The notes beneath the pieces were generated by a model. The model was not told where the DNA came from, searched no databases, and saw only the letters and a program-made list of their open reading frames with translations. This document shows, one piece after another, positions 9,308 to 19,230 of a stretch of 62,149 nt of DNA (its first letter is position 1; the number at the start of each line of letters is the position of its first letter). Both the position numbers and the translations under genes were made by a program. Origin of the DNA: Aquificaceae bacterium (GTDB lineage: Bacteria > Aquificota > Aquificia > Aquificales > Aquificaceae); contig JBCNVD010000014.1 in assembly GCA_039630345.1 (NCBI GenBank), forward strand, positions 1 to 62,149. The letters run 5' to 3'.

Positions 9308-10693
9308 ATGAGGGCTCTAGTTCTGGCAGCAGGTACAGGCAGCAGATTCAAAAGCCAGATTCCAAAGCCACTCCATAGCATTGTTGGAATGCCGATGATA
9401 TGGCATGTTTTAAAAACTGTTAGAAGTGTAAGCCCTCAGAGCATTGCGATAGTAGTTGGGCACGAAGCGGATAGAATAAAGAGCTTTTGTGGGGAGGAGT
9501 ATATTTACTTTAAACAGGATAACCCAAAAGGTGGCACAGGGGACGCGGTTTTAAGTGCTATAGATTGCTGGAGGGACTTTGACGATTATCTACTCGTAAT
9601 TAATGCAGATACTCCGCTGGTTCTTCCTGACACTATAAGCTCCATGTTTAGATATGTAAAGCTGGTAAAAGAATATGAAAACAAGATAATAAGCGGACTA
9701 TTGCTGAGCGCAAATTTACCTGATCCAACCGGATACGGAAGGGTAATAAAAGAATCAGTGGACAGAGTTATCAGGATAGTAGAGGAAAAGGATGCAACGC
9801 CGCAGGAGAGAGCCGTAAATGAAGTAAATTCCGGGGTTTATCTCTTTTACTGCCCTCACCTTCTTGAGACGATATTTAGTCTAAAGCCAAGTCCTGTGAC
9901 AGGCGAGGTTTATCTAACTGAAGTTTTTGAAATTATGAACAAAAGAGGATATGAGGTGCGCGCCTATGCTGCAAGCGACCCAAGTGAGGTGCTTGGCGTA
10001 AACACAAGATGGGACATGGCTATAGTTGAAAACATCGCAAGGTTAAGAATTCTTCAAAATATAGCAAAAAATGGCGCTACGATACATCAACCTGAGAGCG
10101 TATGGATAGAAGCCTCTGTAGAAGTTGGGTCTGAAGTGGAGATATTCCCGGATGTGATGATAATGGGGAATACAAAAATTTCAGACAGAGCAATAATCGG
10201 AAAAGGGTCTATAATTTACAACAGTCTGATAGGAGAAGGTTCAATAATAGAGCCATACAGCGTAATAAAAGACTCCACTATAAAACCAGGTGCAACAGTA
10301 GGACCATTTGCCCACATAAGGAGCAACTCTATAATTGGCGAAAATTCTCACATTGGAAACTTCGTAGAGGTAAAGAGTTCAAATATAGCCAGAGGGGTTT
10401 TTGCCAAACATCTCTCTTATATTGGAAATGCAACCATAGAAGATAGTGTAAATATCGGTGCAGGGGTTGTTTTTGCAAACTTTGATGGCAGGAAGAAACA
10501 CGAATGCAGAGTCAAACAAAAAGCTTTTATAGGCAGTAACAGTCTTATTATTGCACCGCTTGTTATAGGCGAAAAGGCATTCATAGCCGGAGGTTCAGTA
10601 ATAAATAAAGATGTCCCGGATAGAGCTCTTGCCATTTCAAGAGCCCCTATGAAAATAAAGCCAGAATCAGGTCATAAAAAGCTAAATCCTTGA
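9308..10693 (+). CDS. glmU: Bifunctional UDP-GlcNAc pyrophosphorylase/glucosamine-1-phosphate acetyltransferase
   Basis: LAAGTGSRFKS..PK.LH, GTGDAV, PTGYGRV, EVNSGVY, GNFVEVK, HLSYIG, NFDG. Confidence 0.97.
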   Translation: MRALVLAAGTGSRFKSQIPKPLHSIVGMPMIWHVLKTVRSVSPQSIAIVVGHEADRIKSFCGEEYIYFKQDNPKGGTGDAVLSAIDCWRDFDDYLLVINADTPLVLPDTISSMFRYVKLVKEYENKIISGLLLSANLPDPTGYGRVIKESVDRVIRIVEEKDATPQERAVNEVNSGVYLFYCPHLLETIFSLKPSPVTGEVYLTEVFEIMNKRGYEVRAYAASDPSEVLGVNTRWDMAIVENIARLRILQNIAKNGATIHQPESVWIEASVEVGSEVEIFPDVMIMGNTKISDRAIIGKGSIIYNSLIGEGSIIEPYSVIKDSTIKPGATVGPFAHIRSNSIIGENSHIGNFVEVKSSNIARGVFAKHLSYIGNATIEDSVNIGAGVVFANFDGRKKHECRVKQKAFIGSNSLIIAPLVIGEKAFIAGGSVINKDVPDRALAISRAPMKIKPESGHKKLNP

Positions 10694-10718
10694 CAGGCAA
10701 GGCTCTGGAATTTATACT
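10690..10718 (+). promoter_or_regulatory. Sigma70 promoter of tRNA-Lys
   Basis: TTGACA (10690-10695), 17 nt, TATACT (10713-10718); 13 nt upstream of the tRNA. Confidence 0.85.
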
Positions 10719-10731
10719 CAAAAACTCTAAA

Positions 10732-10805
10732 GGGTCGGTAGCTCAGCCTGGTAGAGCAACGGACTTTTAATCCGTGGGTCGCGGGTTCGAATCCCGCCCG
10801 ACCCA
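10732..10805 (+). tRNA. tRNA-Lys (anticodon UUU); CCA not encoded
   Basis: Acceptor stem GGGTCGG/CCGACCC plus discriminator A; D arm GCTCAGCCTGGTAGAGC; anticodon arm ACGGA-CTTTTAA-TCCGT; T arm GCGGG-TTCGAAT-CCCGC. Confidence 0.97.
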
Positions 10806-10821
10806 TTTATAATAACACTTT

Positions 10822-12147
10822 ATGGACTTTAAACAATACGCATATCAAAAGGCTCAGATAGCAAAAAACGCTTCCAGAGAGCTCATCAATATAAGCACTG
10901 AGAAAAAAAACCTCGCGCTCCGAAGGAGCGCGGATTTAATAATAAAGAAAAAAAATCTAATCCTTGAGGAGAATCAAAAAGACCTTGAGATTGCGGGCAG
11001 ATCCCTGAGCGAGGCTGCTGTCGATAGGCTTTTGCTAAACCAGAAGAGAATAGATGCTCTTGTGAAAGCCCTTGAGGATGTCGCCTCCTTGCCTGACCCG
11101 GTTGGGGAAATAACCAGAATGTGGGTAAGACCGAATGGTTTAAGAGTTGGCAGGATGAGAGTTCCCATAGGGGTTATTTTGATAATTTATGAATCGCGCC
11201 CGAATGTAACCATAGAGGCAGGGGCCCTTTGCATAAAGTCCTCGAACGCCGTTATTTTAAGAGGCGGTAGCGAGGCTTTAAATACCAACAGAGTTCTATC
11301 CTCGATTTTGAGAGAAGGATGTCTTGAGGCGGGAATAAATCAGGATATGGTGCAATTTATAGAATTGCCGGATAGAGAGGTGGTAAGAGAGCTCTTAAGT
11401 CTTGAGGGGTTAATAGACCTTGTGATTCCAAGAGGGGGTGAGAGCCTTATAAGGGCAGTGGCTGAATCTTCAAAAGTGCCGGTTATAAAGCACTATAAGG
11501 GCGTTTGTAACATCTACATAGACGAAGATGCGGATATAAAGAAAGCTATTGACATAGTGTTTAACGCCAAGGTGCAAAGACCTTCAGTTTGTAACGCCGT
11601 TGAGAATTTGATTCTCCATAAGAGGGTTTTAAATACAATCTGGCCAGAGCTTGCGATGGTTCTGGAAAAGGCGGGCGTTGAGCTACTTTGTGATGAGGAG
11701 AGTCTAAAGGCTATAGAGGGTAAAGTAAGGGCAAATCCGGTGAAAGAGCAGGACTATTATGAAGAGTTTTTGAGCCTTAAGCTCTCTGTCAAGACGGTGC
11801 CCTCCTTTAAAGAGGCGATTGATTTTATACATAAGTACGGCTCTGGGCATTCTGATGCCATAGTTACAGAAAACTACACTAGAGGCATGGAATTTTTGAG
11901 GCTGGTTGATTCTTCTGCGGTTTTTGTTAATGCGTCAACCAGATTTAACGATGGGGGTGAGCTTGGTCTTGGGGCAGAGATGGGAATATCAACAGACAAG
12001 CTTCACGCAAGGGGACCTATGGGACTTGAGGAGCTAACTACCCAGAAGTTCATAATTTTGGGAGATGGGCAAATAAGGGATAACTTCGGCATTAATCAGA
12101 TTAAATATCCTGCAAGCTGCGAAGTATATGGTGATAGTGCCAACTAA
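10822..12147 (+). CDS. proA: Gamma-glutamyl phosphate reductase
   Basis: IIYESRPNVT, LRGGSEA, IPRGG, RPSVCNAVE, NASTRFNDG, GISTDKLHARGPMGL. Confidence 0.98.
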   Translation: MDFKQYAYQKAQIAKNASRELINISTEKKNLALRRSADLIIKKKNLILEENQKDLEIAGRSLSEAAVDRLLLNQKRIDALVKALEDVASLPDPVGEITRMWVRPNGLRVGRMRVPIGVILIIYESRPNVTIEAGALCIKSSNAVILRGGSEALNTNRVLSSILREGCLEAGINQDMVQFIELPDREVVRELLSLEGLIDLVIPRGGESLIRAVAESSKVPVIKHYKGVCNIYIDEDADIKKAIDIVFNAKVQRPSVCNAVENLILHKRVLNTIWPELAMVLEKAGVELLCDEESLKAIEGKVRANPVKEQDYYEEFLSLKLSVKTVPSFKEAIDFIHKYGSGHSDAIVTENYTRGMEFLRLVDSSAVFVNASTRFNDGGELGLGAEMGISTDKLHARGPMGLEELTTQKFIILGDGQIRDNFGINQIKYPASCEVYGDSAN

Positions 12148-12179
12148 GACGGAATTAAATTGCTATTTAGGAGGCTTAA

Positions 12180-13964
12180 GTGAAAATTACCATCTCCTTT
12201 GACTTAATGCCATTTGCCCGATGGTTTGAAGACTATGACAGGTCAAAGTTTGTAAGGGATTTAATAGCAGGCCTTACGGTCGCTGCGGTTTTGGTGCCTC
12301 AGGGGATGGCTTATGCACTTTTGGCTGGATTACCGCCAATATACGGGCTTTATGCATCCGTATTGCCAGTTATAGTAGCTGCGCTCTTTGGTAGCTCTAG
12401 ATTTCTGGCAACTGGACCTGTTGCAATGACGGCTCTTCTTACCAGCTCTGCCCTCTATGGACTTGCAGAGCCCGGAACCCAGCAATGGATTACGATGGCT
12501 GCAATCCTTGCCCTGATGGTTGGGGTGATAAGACTTGCCATAGGTCTTGCAGGGATTGCATTTTTAATAGAACTGATATCAAATAGCGTCATAGTTGGAT
12601 TCACCAGCGCCGGAGCTCTCGTTATAGCTTTAAGTCAGGCAGGAAATCTGTTTGGGTTTAAGATAACCCAGAGCACTCATATATACGAAGTTATAGTAGA
12701 CATTATTAGTAAAATCTCTCAGGTAAATCCTTACACTCTGGCTGTCGGGGTTTTTTCCTACATTATTATTCTGGTTGTAAGGAGAGTCAATCCCCTCCTG
12801 CCGGGGGCTTTGGTTGCAGTTATAGTAACATCTCTTTTTTCTTACTTTTTAAACCTCAAGCAATACGGAGTTTCTCTGGTTGGCAATGTGCCTGTGGGAC
12901 TTCCAAGCTTTGGAATTGAAGGTGTTGATTACAAAACTGTATCACAGCTCTGGGCAGGCGCTATTGTTATAGCAGCGTTTGGTCTTATCGAGGCAGTCGC
13001 AATAGCAAAGCAGCTCGCAATAAGAGCCGGAGATAAATGGGACCCAAACCAGGAACTCATAGGGCAAGGGCTTGCTAACATAGTAGCAGGGCTTTTTAAG
13101 GGTTTTCCCATAGGAGGGTCTTTTTCAAGGTCGGCGATTAACTTCCAGCTTGGGGCAAAAAGCCCTATTGCAAGCGTTATAACTGGCTCTATAGTTGCCC
13201 TGACTTTGATTTTTCTTGCTCCACTTTTTTATTACCTTCCAAAAGCAACCTTATCCGCAATTGTGCTATCCGCCGTTATAGACCTTATTAGACCGCAGGA
13301 GATAATAAAGCTCTACAAAATAAACAAAATAGACGGAATAGTTGCAGGTCTTACATTTTCGACGGTGTTCTTTATGGACCTGTGGGTTGCAATAACGCTG
13401 GGGACAGTGGTTGCTCTTGGTTCTTTTGTTTATAAAACGATGTACCCAAGGATAGTAGTGCTAACCAGAAATCCAGCCTCTTCGACATTTGTAAACGCAG
13501 AGAGGGAAAACATCCCTGAATGTCCTCAAATTCTCTATATTAGACCAAATATGTCGCTATACTTTGGCAATGCTGAATATGTGTTCGAATACATCCTTCA
13601 AAAAGTTTCGGAAAGAAAACAACATCTCAAGTATGTTTTGTTAGACCTTGAGGCCGTAAATTACATTGATGCTCCGGGAAGTCTAATGCTGGTTAGGTTG
13701 CTCGACAGAATTCGCTCCATGAACATAGAACCAGCCATGTCAAATATCAGTTGCAATCTCTACCCTCTTTTAGAAAAGGTGCAGATTGATAATCACATGG
13801 ATGTAGACAACATCTTTGAGGCAAAGGGCAAATCCATACAGGAGCTCTTTAAAAAATTAGATCACGAATTTTGCGCAAGGCGTTGCCCGCATGTGGTCTT
13901 TCGTGAGTGTCTAACCGTAAAGGGTAAAAACCCAAGCACTATCATGGAAACTGTAAAAATTTAG
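12180..13964 (+). CDS. SulP/SLC26 family anion permease with STAS domain
   Basis: DLIAGLTVA..LVPQGMAYALLAGLPP.YGLY, NQELIGQGLAN, GSFSRSA, STAS motif LYFGNA...VNYID. Confidence 0.95.
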   Translation: MKITISFDLMPFARWFEDYDRSKFVRDLIAGLTVAAVLVPQGMAYALLAGLPPIYGLYASVLPVIVAALFGSSRFLATGPVAMTALLTSSALYGLAEPGTQQWITMAAILALMVGVIRLAIGLAGIAFLIELISNSVIVGFTSAGALVIALSQAGNLFGFKITQSTHIYEVIVDIISKISQVNPYTLAVGVFSYIIILVVRRVNPLLPGALVAVIVTSLFSYFLNLKQYGVSLVGNVPVGLPSFGIEGVDYKTVSQLWAGAIVIAAFGLIEAVAIAKQLAIRAGDKWDPNQELIGQGLANIVAGLFKGFPIGGSFSRSAINFQLGAKSPIASVITGSIVALTLIFLAPLFYYLPKATLSAIVLSAVIDLIRPQEIIKLYKINKIDGIVAGLTFSTVFFMDLWVAITLGTVVALGSFVYKTMYPRIVVLTRNPASSTFVNAERENIPECPQILYIRPNMSLYFGNAEYVFEYILQKVSERKQHLKYVLLDLEAVNYIDAPGSLMLVRLLDRIRSMNIEPAMSNISCNLYPLLEKVQIDNHMDVDNIFEAKGKSIQELFKKLDHEFCARRCPHVVFRECLTVKGKNPSTIMETVKI

Positions 13965-13982
13965 AGAGAAATTTAATAAACC

Positions 13983-15239
13983 ATGGAAGTTTTGCTTAAC
14001 CTGACTGACCAGTGTGTCAAGTGCGGGCTTTGTAAAGATGTCTGTCCTACCTATCCATCCATACAGAATGAGAGCGGGTTTGCAAGGGGTAGGATAGCGC
14101 TTAGCAATATGGTCTTTAGAGGAGAACTCGAGCTAAATAACTCTGTTAGCACATCCTGGAATCAGTGTGCAATGTGTAGAAGATGCGAGTGGATATGTCC
14201 AAACGGCGTTGAGTTTAAAGAAATCATGGTCCACTCTAGAAATCTGCAAAGAGAAAAGCTTGGAGACAGCTTTATGAAAAAAGCTGGATTAATTGCTCTA
14301 AACACTCTCCAATCAAGGCCCGGAAGAGCCATAACAAAGCTGGCAGGTAAATTATCCGGGATTTTACCCAAAGAACTCAAAGTCCCATTCCCTACAGGCG
14401 CAGTGAAATTTATGCCAAAACCTTCCGGCAAAGCCTTTGACCTGAGAGGAAAAACCTTTAAAGCAAGAGAAGAAAAAGCCAGAGTTCTTTTCTTTACAGG
14501 CTGTTTGATAGACGCTTTTTATACAAAAACAGGCGAGAGCGTCATAAAACTTTTAAATGCAGCTGGCTATAGCGTCATTATCCCTAAAGACATCAAATGT
14601 TGCGGAGCTCCTCACTACTATAGTGGCAATCTTCCCGCTTTTGAAAAGTTAAAAGAGCACAACATCAAAGAAATCAAAAACTATGACTTTGACGCAATAG
14701 TAGTTGCCTGTCCAACCTGCGGTGGGGCTTTAAGCGAAGACTACAAACAAGGCTGGAAGGTCAAGGACTTTGCCGAAATTGTAAATGGCGAAAACCTAAG
14801 CTTTAAAGGCTCTGGTAAAGAGGTTACATTCCATGTTCCCTGCCACTCTTATAGCGCGATGAAGGTAGATTCAGAGGTTTTCTACGGATGCATCAAAAAA
14901 GTAGAGGGCGATAGTCTCAAAAAAGCATCAAAAGACAAATCCTGCTGTGGATTTGCCGGGCTTTTTTCAATAACAAACCCTGAAATTTCAAATAAAGCCC
15001 AGGAGGAGAAGATAAAAGACCTTGATTCCACAGGTGCAAAGCTGGTGCTTACCACATGCCCCGGTTGCGTGCTTAATCTAAACGACGGGGTCAAAAAATT
15101 CTCAAAATCCCAGGAGGTTATGCATCTTGCTGACTATCTTGCAAGCTCGCTAAGCCAGGAGGAAAACCCAGAAACGCCTTCCCACCAGCCACAAACTCTC
15201 ATCAAAAGCCCTTCTGAAAACTCACCTGCAATTAGCTGA
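13983..15239 (+). CDS. (Fe-S)-binding protein, GlcF/HdrD-like (2x[4Fe-4S] plus two CCG domains)
   Basis: CVKCGLCKDVCPTY, ARGRI, CAMCRRCEWICPNGV, FTGC...CCGAP...CPTCG, FHVPCH...CCGFAG...CPGC. Confidence 0.88.
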   Translation: MEVLLNLTDQCVKCGLCKDVCPTYPSIQNESGFARGRIALSNMVFRGELELNNSVSTSWNQCAMCRRCEWICPNGVEFKEIMVHSRNLQREKLGDSFMKKAGLIALNTLQSRPGRAITKLAGKLSGILPKELKVPFPTGAVKFMPKPSGKAFDLRGKTFKAREEKARVLFFTGCLIDAFYTKTGESVIKLLNAAGYSVIIPKDIKCCGAPHYYSGNLPAFEKLKEHNIKEIKNYDFDAIVVACPTCGGALSEDYKQGWKVKDFAEIVNGENLSFKGSGKEVTFHVPCHSYSAMKVDSEVFYGCIKKVEGDSLKKASKDKSCCGFAGLFSITNPEISNKAQEEKIKDLDSTGAKLVLTTCPGCVLNLNDGVKKFSKSQEVMHLADYLASSLSQEENPETPSHQPQTLIKSPSENSPAIS

Positions 15240-16570
15240 ACACCACATGGCAAACCTTCAGAAACACAAAGAGGCAAAGAAACCGCAGGCAAACCGGCCA
15301 GATTTACGCTAACTGTAAAGATGTCAGACAGATACATACTAACAGGGTCAGAGGTCTTCTCTCCAAACTTGAAAGCCCTCGTGGGGGTAGTTGGGGTGAT
15401 TATAAGGTCGTAATCTCTAAGGATAGATTTAAGCTCGTTTGCAATTAAAGTTCTTACTTTCATTGCTTTAAGATAGTAAGCGTCATAATAGCCAGAAGAT
15501 AAGGCAAAAGTCCCCATAAGAATCCTGCGCTTTACCTCTTTACCAAAGCCGGCACTACGGGTTTTTTTATAAGTTTCGTCAATATCTTTTCCGTAAACGG
15601 CATTTCCATACCTTATGCCATCAAAACGCGCAAGGTTCGAAGAAGCCTCACAGGGAGCTATAACATAATAAGCATTTATGGCAAGATGGATGTATTTTAG
15701 CTCTATTTCTTCAACTTTAGCCCCATCTTGCTCTATTTTCTTTAAAAATTTATCAAAACACTCCCTGACATTGGTCTCGACACCTTCAAACCTGGGCACT
15801 GCCACGCGAAGATTCCTAACACCCGCATTTTCAACCTCTTTCAGGTAATCCTCCACCGGCAAATTAGAGCTCGTGCTATCGCGTTTGTCAAAACCCGCAA
15901 TCACTTTCATAATAAGGGCAAGGTCTTTGCAATTAAAGGCAAATGGTCCAATCTGGTCAAGCGAGGAGGCAAAGGCTACAAGACCGTATCTTGAAACCCT
16001 TCCGTAAGTGGGCTTAAGACCAATAACCCCGCAAAAGCTCGCAGGCTGGCGCACAGACCCACCTGTGTCAGACCCAAGCGCCAGAGGACTCATACGCGCC
16101 GCAACACTCACCGCAGACCCCCCGGAAGACCCACCTGGGACTCTCTCTATATCCCAGGGGTTACGCGTTTTAAAAAAGGCTGAATACTCCGTCGAGGAGC
16201 CCATCGCAAACTCATCCATATTTGTTTTTCCTACAAAAACCGCGCCTTCGGCGCGAAGACGGGAAACCACAGTCGCATCAAACACTGCCACGCTATTTTG
16301 TAAGAGCTTTGAACCGCAGGTAGTTTCAACCCCTTTTTGATTTATGTTGTCCTTTAGAGCAACTGGCACGCCTGCAAGTAGCATCTCAGAAGATGGCTCT
16401 AAATTTTCTGCCTCTTTAAGAGCTCTCTCAAATGTTGGGGTTATAAAAGCGTTTAGTTTAGGTTCTAGAGCCTGAAACCTTTCGAAAAACGCGCTCAAGA
16501 CCTCCTTTGGACTTAACTCTTTTGATTTAACCAAACGGGCTATTTCATATGCAGGCAAAGACCATATCAT
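15134..16570 (-). CDS. gatA: Asp/Glu-tRNA amidotransferase subunit A
   Basis: KTNMDEFAMGSSTE, PGGSSGGSA, GSDTGGSVRQPA, SSNLARFDG, EVKRRILMGTFALSSGYYDAYY. Confidence 0.98.
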   Translation of the reverse strand: MIWSLPAYEIARLVKSKELSPKEVLSAFFERFQALEPKLNAFITPTFERALKEAENLEPSSEMLLAGVPVALKDNINQKGVETTCGSKLLQNSVAVFDATVVSRLRAEGAVFVGKTNMDEFAMGSSTEYSAFFKTRNPWDIERVPGGSSGGSAVSVAARMSPLALGSDTGGSVRQPASFCGVIGLKPTYGRVSRYGLVAFASSLDQIGPFAFNCKDLALIMKVIAGFDKRDSTSSNLPVEDYLKEVENAGVRNLRVAVPRFEGVETNVRECFDKFLKKIEQDGAKVEEIELKYIHLAINAYYVIAPCEASSNLARFDGIRYGNAVYGKDIDETYKKTRSAGFGKEVKRRILMGTFALSSGYYDAYYLKAMKVRTLIANELKSILRDYDLIITPTTPTRAFKFGEKTSDPVSMYLSDIFTVSVNLAGLPAVSLPLCVSEGLPCGVQLIAGEFSEGLLMRVCGWWEGVSGFSSWLSELAR

Positions 16571-16596
16571 CCTAAAATTTTAACAAGGAGGATAAA

Positions 16597-16938
16597 ATGA
16601 AGGCTATTTTCCTGCTTTTTCTTGGTTTGATACTATCCTGTGGACCTGCAGTTGACCATCAGCGCTCTCAAAGAGTGCCCGCAGAGATAATAGATGTGCA
16701 AGTATTCAGAGATAATGTCGGAAATCCCCGCGGAGCGACCTTTAAAGTTCGCAATCAAACACCTCAGGTTTGCAGAATGATCTGCGTGGAGTTTCGTTCC
16801 TTTTCTTACTTAGAACGCGCTTGCTCTGACATTATGACCTATCCGCCCCAGAGCGTTGTGATTATAAATACCGGCATAACTCCCTCCTCTGGCGCAATGG
16901 TTGCTTACTGCTACTTAAACATAGCCTATACAAACTGA
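16597..16938 (+). CDS. Hypothetical lipoprotein
   Basis: SD AAGGAGG; signal MKAIFLLFLGLILSC; four more Cys in a beta-rich mature part. Confidence 0.7.
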   Translation: MKAIFLLFLGLILSCGPAVDHQRSQRVPAEIIDVQVFRDNVGNPRGATFKVRNQTPQVCRMICVEFRSFSYLERACSDIMTYPPQSVVIINTGITPSSGAMVAYCYLNIAYTN

Positions 16939-16952
16939 CTTAATATAGTTAG

Positions 16953-18140
16953 ATGCGTTTAATTCTTGCCTACTCTGGTGGACTTGATACTTCTGTAATG
17001 GTAAGATGGCTATCAGAAAAAGGATACGAAGTTATCACTTATACCGCAGATGTAGGTCAGGGAGAAGAGCTCAGTCAAATACCCCAGAAAGCCAAAGCCT
17101 CAGGAGCAATTGAGGCCATAGTCGAAGACCTCAAAGAGGAATTTGCAAATAGCTTCTGCCTGCCTACTTTAAGAGCTCTTGCACTTTATGAGGGTAAATA
17201 TCCTCTTAGCGCAAGCCTCTCCCGTCCTTTAATTGCCAAAAGGCTGGTGCATTTTGCAAAAGAATTTGGAGCAAAGGCCGTAGCCCACGGCTCTACCGGC
17301 AAAGGAAACGACCAGGTCAGGTTTGAACTATCTGTCTGGGCTTTAGATCCATCGCTTGAGGTTATTGCCCCGTTTAGAGAGTGGGAGTTTCGCTCGCGCG
17401 AGGAAGAGGTAGATTACGCCATGCGCTTTAACATCCCTGTAAAGGTAAGCAGAGAAAAACCCTATTCAATAGACAAAAACCTCTGGGGCATATCCATAGA
17501 ATGCGGTCCCATAGAAGACATATCCTTAGAGCCCCCGGAAGACGCTTTTGAAATAACAAAGCCCGTGGAAAAAACGCCTGAAGCGCCAACATACATAGAA
17601 ATAGAATTTTTTGAAGGAAAACCTGTTAAGTTAAATTCGCAGGATTTTAAATTGCACGAATTGATAGCAAAACTAAACACCATAGCAGGCGAAAATGGCT
17701 TTGGAAGAATTGACATGGTAGAGAGCAGGCTAGTGGGCATAAAGAGCAGAGAAGTCTATGAAGCCCCGGGAGCTCTGGTTTTGTATGAAGCCTATAGAGA
17801 CATTCTCTCAACAGTCCTTGATAGACACAGCTTTCACTACCTTCTTTCACATATCTCGCACGAATACGCAAGGATAGTTTACGAAGGTCTATGGTTTACT
17901 CCTTTAAGAGAAGCCCTTGATGCCTTTTGCGAAAGACTGGCAAAAAGAGCAACTGGCAAGGTAAGGCTAAAACTCCAAAGAGGCTCTTTGAGGGTAGTTG
18001 GGAGAGAATCGCCATATAGCCTGTATTCAGATGAGCTTGCGACATACTCTCCAAAAGATAGCTTTGACCACAGAGATGGCGGGGCATTTTGCAGGGTTTT
18101 TGGACTTCCGATGAAACTACTTGGCAAAACCCAATGTTAA
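16953..18140 (+). CDS. argG: Argininosuccinate synthase
   Basis: LAYSGGLDTS, HGSTGKGNDQVRFE, YSIDKNLWG, GIKSREVYEAP. Confidence 0.98.
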   Translation: MRLILAYSGGLDTSVMVRWLSEKGYEVITYTADVGQGEELSQIPQKAKASGAIEAIVEDLKEEFANSFCLPTLRALALYEGKYPLSASLSRPLIAKRLVHFAKEFGAKAVAHGSTGKGNDQVRFELSVWALDPSLEVIAPFREWEFRSREEEVDYAMRFNIPVKVSREKPYSIDKNLWGISIECGPIEDISLEPPEDAFEITKPVEKTPEAPTYIEIEFFEGKPVKLNSQDFKLHELIAKLNTIAGENGFGRIDMVESRLVGIKSREVYEAPGALVLYEAYRDILSTVLDRHSFHYLLSHISHEYARIVYEGLWFTPLREALDAFCERLAKRATGKVRLKLQRGSLRVVGRESPYSLYSDELATYSPKDSFDHRDGGAFCRVFGLPMKLLGKTQC

Positions 18141-18772
18141 TTGCAGTATCTCTTTCAGATAGAGACTTTTTAAAAAACCTGGAACTTGCCAGAGAGCTAG
18201 GAGCAGACATAATAGAGCTAAGACTAGACTTATTCGAAGATAAAAGCTATAAAAACCTCAGCAGTATGCTAATATCTATCAAAGAAAATGGTCTAAAGAG
18301 TCTTTTAACCCCCAAAGACGCACATGAGGATATATACTTAGATTTTTTAAACCTGTGTGATTACATTGACATAGACATAAAATTTCCAAATAGGATCTCA
18401 AAAGTAAGAGAGCTTAAAAAAAACACTGCATTGATAGTCTCTTATCATGACTTTGAAAAAACCCCGCCTGAGTGGATTATCAAAGAAGTCCACAGGCAGG
18501 CAAATAGATTCGGAGCTGACATTGTAAAGCTTGCAGTTACAAGCAACTCTTATGAAGATACCGCAAGGTTTTTATGCCTTGGCAAAACCCTGGATGGTAA
18601 AAAGATTCTTATTTCAATGGGAACATATGGCACTATTTCAAGGATAGCAGGCTTTTTATTTGGATCTGAGATAACCTTTGGATACATCAAAGAGCCAAGC
18701 GCCCCGGGACAATTGCATCTTAAAGATTTAGTCCATATAAAAAACCTGATGCAACAGTCGTTGCAACACTAA
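18134..18772 (+). CDS. aroD: Type I 3-dehydroquinate dehydratase
   Basis: ADIIELRLD, IVSYHDFEKTP, DIVKLAV, ISMG..G.ISR, SAPGQ; ATG at 18134. Confidence 0.92.
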   Translation: MLIAVSLSDRDFLKNLELARELGADIIELRLDLFEDKSYKNLSSMLISIKENGLKSLLTPKDAHEDIYLDFLNLCDYIDIDIKFPNRISKVRELKKNTALIVSYHDFEKTPPEWIIKEVHRQANRFGADIVKLAVTSNSYEDTARFLCLGKTLDGKKILISMGTYGTISRIAGFLFGSEITFGYIKEPSAPGQLHLKDLVHIKNLMQQSLQH

Positions 18773-18789
18773 AAGCTATATTTGCAACA
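18747..18789. promoter_or_regulatory. Putative enhancer (UAS) for a sigma54 activator
   Basis: Imperfect palindrome TGATGCAAC-AGTC-GTTGCAACA (18747-18768) plus another TGCAACA at 18783-18789, upstream of the -24/-12 promoter. Confidence 0.6.
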
Positions 18790-18820
18790 TATATAAAACA
18801 AAATCCTTTTGAGTTGTGCC

Positions 18821-18836
18821 TGGCATAGTTTTTGCA
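18821..18836 (+). promoter_or_regulatory. Sigma54 (RpoN) -24/-12 promoter
   Basis: TGGCATAGTTTTTGCA, with GG-N10-GC spacing matching the TGGCAC-N5-TTGCA consensus; an enhancer-binding protein gene lies about 1.2 kb downstream. Confidence 0.88.
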
Positions 18837-18874
18837 CTATAGCCTAATAGAAACCAATCAAGGAGGTGTTGGCG

Positions 18875-19216
18875 ATGGCAAGTATTAGCAAACTTAAAGA
18901 GCTGATGGCTCTTCCTGGCGCAGTTGCGGCAGGCGAGTTTTCAGACGATGGTAGGCTCCTTGCCTACTACGGAGACATTAGCGAAAAAGCTGCAGAGATT
19001 GCAGCCATGATGTGCGCTGCAAACAAGCTAATGGGCAATATGCAGGCAAAGGGCTGGAGCGTCTACACAAATCAGGACGGATTTTATCCAGTTTACGGAT
19101 TTGCTGTAGCAGGCGGAAAGTATGCCGCTTGCATTATGGGTAATGTTGGGGTCTTTCTGGAAATACAAAAGGCAGACTTTGATAAAACCTTTGAAACGCT
19201 TTCAAAATACATCTAA
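18875..19216 (+). CDS. DUF2173-like small protein, paralog 1
   Basis: SD AGGAGGT 7 nt before ATG; LMALPGAVAAGEFSDDG, AAMMCAAN, CIMGNVGVF. Confidence 0.75.
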   Translation: MASISKLKELMALPGAVAAGEFSDDGRLLAYYGDISEKAAEIAAMMCAANKLMGNMQAKGWSVYTNQDGFYPVYGFAVAGGKYAACIMGNVGVFLEIQKADFDKTFETLSKYI

Positions 19217-19230
19217 GGAGGTAGGATAAA

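Noticed and set aside
10732..10822. tRNA-Lys as an integration site for an island
   Set aside because: Flanked directly by glmU and proA. No integrase and no duplicated tRNA 3' end seen in the window.
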